A DNA stretch of 64,000 nt from Spirochaetota bacterium. Lineage in GTDB: Bacteria; Spirochaetota; UBA4802; JAFGDQ01. The notes below the pieces were generated by a model. It was not told where the DNA came from. It made no database searches and was given only the letters and a program-made list of their open reading frames with translations. Every line of letters begins with the position of its first letter. The first letter of the stretch is position 1. Made by a program: the position numbers and the translations under genes. The stretch covers positions 12,863 through 76,862 of the forward strand of contig JAZDKB010000023.1 in NCBI GenBank assembly GCA_043803405.1, written 5' to 3'. Of the stretch, positions 62,157-64,000 are shown piece after piece.

Positions 62157-63095
62157 ATGAAAAAAATATTTATCGGTATTTTATCGCTTTTGTTTTTTTT
62201 TGCAGTCGTTGGCGCTAATGCCGAAGACACGGAAGAAGCGGATAATAATACAATCAGATTTTTCGGGTCTCTTGGAACAAAGGGCGTGTATTCTTCGGGA
62301 GTATCCGACTCATATACATACAACAGGACTGATGCCAAAGCAGGTTTTAAATCAGAGTATGTTGACCTTTCAGCATATATTCGCAGGTATTTTAACTATC
62401 AGATAGCGGATGGTAACGGGTTTTTCGAATATCGTGCTTTTAATGAAGCAGGCCTGTCACTTACAGCACATATGTTTGGTTTTATAGATCTTTCGGGCGA
62501 ATATAGCCATGCTGATAACTTTGATGATTTAAGCAGGAATACATACTACGGTAACATTGAACTGGAATTTACGCACGTGATATTGTCGGGCGATTATACG
62601 CGCGAGGATTTCGGGTACACGATCGATTCAAATACAATCAACACAGAGAAGCGGAATTATTCATTTACAATTGAGCTAAAGTTCACGGAGTCATTCAGCA
62701 TGGATGCGAGCTATAAGCACGATAATATTTATTTTAATTCACTTGGCTATGATTATTATAAAAATATTTTCCGCGGAGGGATCAGTATAATGCCTGCGGA
62801 TTACTTCTTTTTAATAGCAGGGGCTGGCGGCGGTAAAGATTCCGAGGATTATAATATTTACAGCGCAGATTGCGGCGTCACGTTTGTAATTTATTCACGT
62901 TTTAAATTATATTGTTTATATAGCTACAGTTATTATGATCCGGCCGGGACATATACGACAAGCAGTTCCGGAGGAGGCGGCGGCAGCGGGCATGGTCATG
63001 GTTCGGGCGGTTCTAACCCATATCTTTCTTCAGATAAAATCGGAGAGTCTTATTCCTCACATGTGCTATCTTTCGGGATGTCGGTTTCTTTTTAA
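62157..63095 (+). CDS. Probable outer-membrane beta-barrel protein
   Basis: Signal peptide, alternating aromatic strands, C-terminal Phe, Gly/His-rich loop. Confidence 0.7.
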   Translation: MKKIFIGILSLLFFFAVVGANAEDTEEADNNTIRFFGSLGTKGVYSSGVSDSYTYNRTDAKAGFKSEYVDLSAYIRRYFNYQIADGNGFFEYRAFNEAGLSLTAHMFGFIDLSGEYSHADNFDDLSRNTYYGNIELEFTHVILSGDYTREDFGYTIDSNTINTEKRNYSFTIELKFTESFSMDASYKHDNIYFNSLGYDYYKNIFRGGISIMPADYFFLIAGAGGGKDSEDYNIYSADCGVTFVIYSRFKLYCLYSYSYYDPAGTYTTSSSGGGGGSGHGHGSGGSNPYLSSDKIGESYSSHVLSFGMSVSF

Positions 63096-63242
63096 AATAA
63101 TCCTTTTTTTTTGCTTGGTAATTTTATTGACTTTTAAAAAATTTCGCATATAATATTTCTATAGTTATTTATTGGGCTTTTTTGTTTACTTCATTAACTC
63201 CTGAATGCCCGGATATTCTTATATAAAGACAAGGAGGCTTTC

Positions 63243-63689
63243 ATGGAAATCCCTAAAAATATTCTTTTCCCGACCGATTTTTCAAAATCATCAGATAAAG
63301 CTTTGGAAGGCGCACTGATGCTTGCTCAGCAGTTTAAGGCACAGTTGTATGTATTGCATGTGGTTGAGGATATCAAGCAATGTGCTGCAGATTATTGTCT
63401 GCCAGAAGAAATGCTTATTCAGTATCAAAAGGAGAGCGTCAGCGGTGCAAAGAAAAAAATCGAGGAAGAGATTAAAAAAATTCCTGATGCAAAAAATGTA
63501 AAGATAATTTCGGATGTGAAAACTGGAATTGCTTATGATAAAATTCTTAAGGAAGCAGACGAGAAAAAAATCGATTTTATTGTAATCGCGACTCACGGAA
63601 AAAGCGGGCTGCTGCATCATCCTCTCGGCAGCATAGCAGAACGCGTAGCCCGTGGCGCAAAATGCCCTGTAATGCTGCTAAGACTTTAA
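63243..63689 (+). CDS. Universal stress protein
   Basis: ILFPTDFS, LHVV, IATHGKSG, GSIAERV.R.AKCPV. Confidence 0.93.
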   Translation: MEIPKNILFPTDFSKSSDKALEGALMLAQQFKAQLYVLHVVEDIKQCAADYCLPEEMLIQYQKESVSGAKKKIEEEIKKIPDAKNVKIISDVKTGIAYDKILKEADEKKIDFIVIATHGKSGLLHHPLGSIAERVARGAKCPVMLLRL

Positions 63690-63715
63690 GTGTTAAACCG
63701 GTTTATCTTCCTCAT

Positions 63716-63766
63716 TATATCAAGGCGTTATTAATTTATTGATTAAACTGATAACGCCTTGATATA
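63716..63766. repeat. 16-bp perfect inverted repeat after the USP gene
   Basis: TATATCAAGGCGTTAT / ATAACGCCTTGATATA. Confidence 0.7.
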
Positions 63767-63800
63767 TAATACCTTGGCTTTCGCGTCAGCTGACGCCAGA

Positions 63801-63924
63801 GGCTGTCTCATTCTAAAAGCAAGCTCGTTGAACTCATCCCCCTATCCCAATGTCATTAAGTTAAGGCTTTTGCATTTAACCCCCTATCCCCCAAAGGGGG
63901 CACCGGCTTGGAAGGGGAAACAAT
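63801..63924 (+). mobile_element. Nested IS-end/REP/MITE composite
   Basis: GGCTGTCTCA end (16/17 inverted match to 43926-43942), REP start at 63831, then the CAATGTCATTAAGTTAAG segment at 63848. Confidence 0.7.
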
Positions 63925-64000
63925 ATCTTTTGATATTAAATATAGATTATGTGCTAATCCATTGTGAAAATGAGAATTTATTCAATAAAAAATTTTTATG

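Noticed and set aside
57505..63924. Composite transposon
   Set aside because: No transposase, the IR-like termini face inward, and no target duplication was seen.

Overview
AT-rich bacterial chromosomal window. Gene style (SpoIIE/RsbW-like signalling, zf-HC2/FecR anti-sigma, MCP) suggests a spirochaete-like organism; this is inference. From left to right it contains: (1) a minus-strand lipid cluster resembling a sphingolipid pathway (SPT-like PLP enzyme, SDR with the eukaryotic KDSR motif, bCerS-like GNAT, GT-C, two GT4s, flippase-like protein); (2) an amino-sugar cluster (WbpB/D/E-like, GT2, deacetylase, GT-C, flippase); (3) phosphate-scavenging and signalling genes, a PHP-GT4 fusion and a rearranged pstB-phoU-phoB-pstC-pstA-phoR locus, with Pho-box-like 11-bp repeats at several promoters; (4) at about 47-54 kb, co-oriented cargo genes (two PIN TA pairs, a membrane protein, AraC + methyltransferase, HTH + ImmA/IrrE) separated by four copies of a 285-400 bp composite repeat with attC-like ends and an internal pseudogene fragment, with no integrase in the window; (5) a type IIG R-M gene, nested REP/IS-end elements, a CoA-disulfide reductase-like gene, an ECF sigma/anti-sigma locus and a USP. 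No rRNA, tRNA or CRISPR array was seen. Family assignments rest on motif recognition, not database searches.
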